A DNA stretch of 61,807 nucleotides from the IMG/VR virus record IMGVR_UViG_3300042549_003657, positions 1 to 61,807 of that record; one strand, given 5' to 3'. A program made the position numbers and the translations under genes. Below, piece after piece: positions 61,682-61,807 of the stretch (the first letter of the stretch is position 1; every line of letters starts with the position of its first letter). Source of the stretch: a virus. Its lineage: Duplodnaviria > Caudoviricetes. The notes under the pieces are model-generated. The model was not told the DNA's origin. It did no database searches and worked only from the letters and a program-made list of their open reading frames with translations.

Positions 61682-61807
61682 ATGGCAGATAACATTCAAG
61701 TAAGTCAGGGCTCTGGCACGACGATGGCGACGGACGATATTTCCGGAGTCCAGTACCCGCGTGTGAAGGTGTCTTGGGGGGTTGATGGATCGGCGGTAGA
61801 TGCGTCT
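61682..61807 (+). CDS. 5' part of a structural gene (truncated by the window edge)
   Basis: AAGGA RBS; MADNIQVSQGSGTTMATDDISGVQYPRVK...; open to the end of the window. Confidence 0.7.
   Translation, partial: MADNIQVSQGSGTTMATDDISGVQYPRVKVSWGVDGSAVDAS

Noticed and set aside
1-61807. Window as a complete circular genome
   Set aside because: Joining the end to the start does not put the truncated gene at 61682 in frame with the fragment at 3-128, and no terminal overlap is seen, so some sequence is probably missing.

Overview
The window is most of the genome (both ends fall inside genes) of a tailed dsDNA phage with podovirus-like, P22/APSE-style gene organisation; a freshwater proteobacterial host is plausible but is inference only. 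The + strand (51082-61807, then 1-25845) carries packaging and morphogenesis genes: TerS, TerL, portal, GroES, scaffold, major capsid, head spike proteins, adaptor/nozzle, a modular tail fibre, holin and GH24 lysozyme, three ejection-type proteins and a 2180-aa polyvalent protein. The - strand (25832-50259) carries replication genes (primase-helicase, SSB, SNF2 helicase, Cas4-like nuclease, PolA, VRR-NUC) and many small early genes. Non-coding control regions lie at 48.4-49.3 kb and 50.3-51.1 kb. I saw no integrase, RNA polymerase, reverse transcriptase, tRNA or CRISPR array. The main highlights are: (1) an intact 289-aa intein in the helicase DExx motif whose Vsr/DUF559-like homing endonuclease is encoded in an overlapping +1 frame instead of in the intein frame; (2) a SAM methyltransferase plus DDxxD isoprenoid-synthase-like gene pair embedded among the ejection genes; (3) an ejection protein with matched 21-aa and 44-aa repeat arrays; (4) a tail fibre built from variable cassettes between identical DNA junctions; (5) an HNH gene that appears to have taken the start of the gene it invaded; (6) an unannotated secreted six-cysteine miniprotein, several structured non-coding elements and operator-like palindromes. 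All family assignments come from motif recognition by eye, not from database searches.
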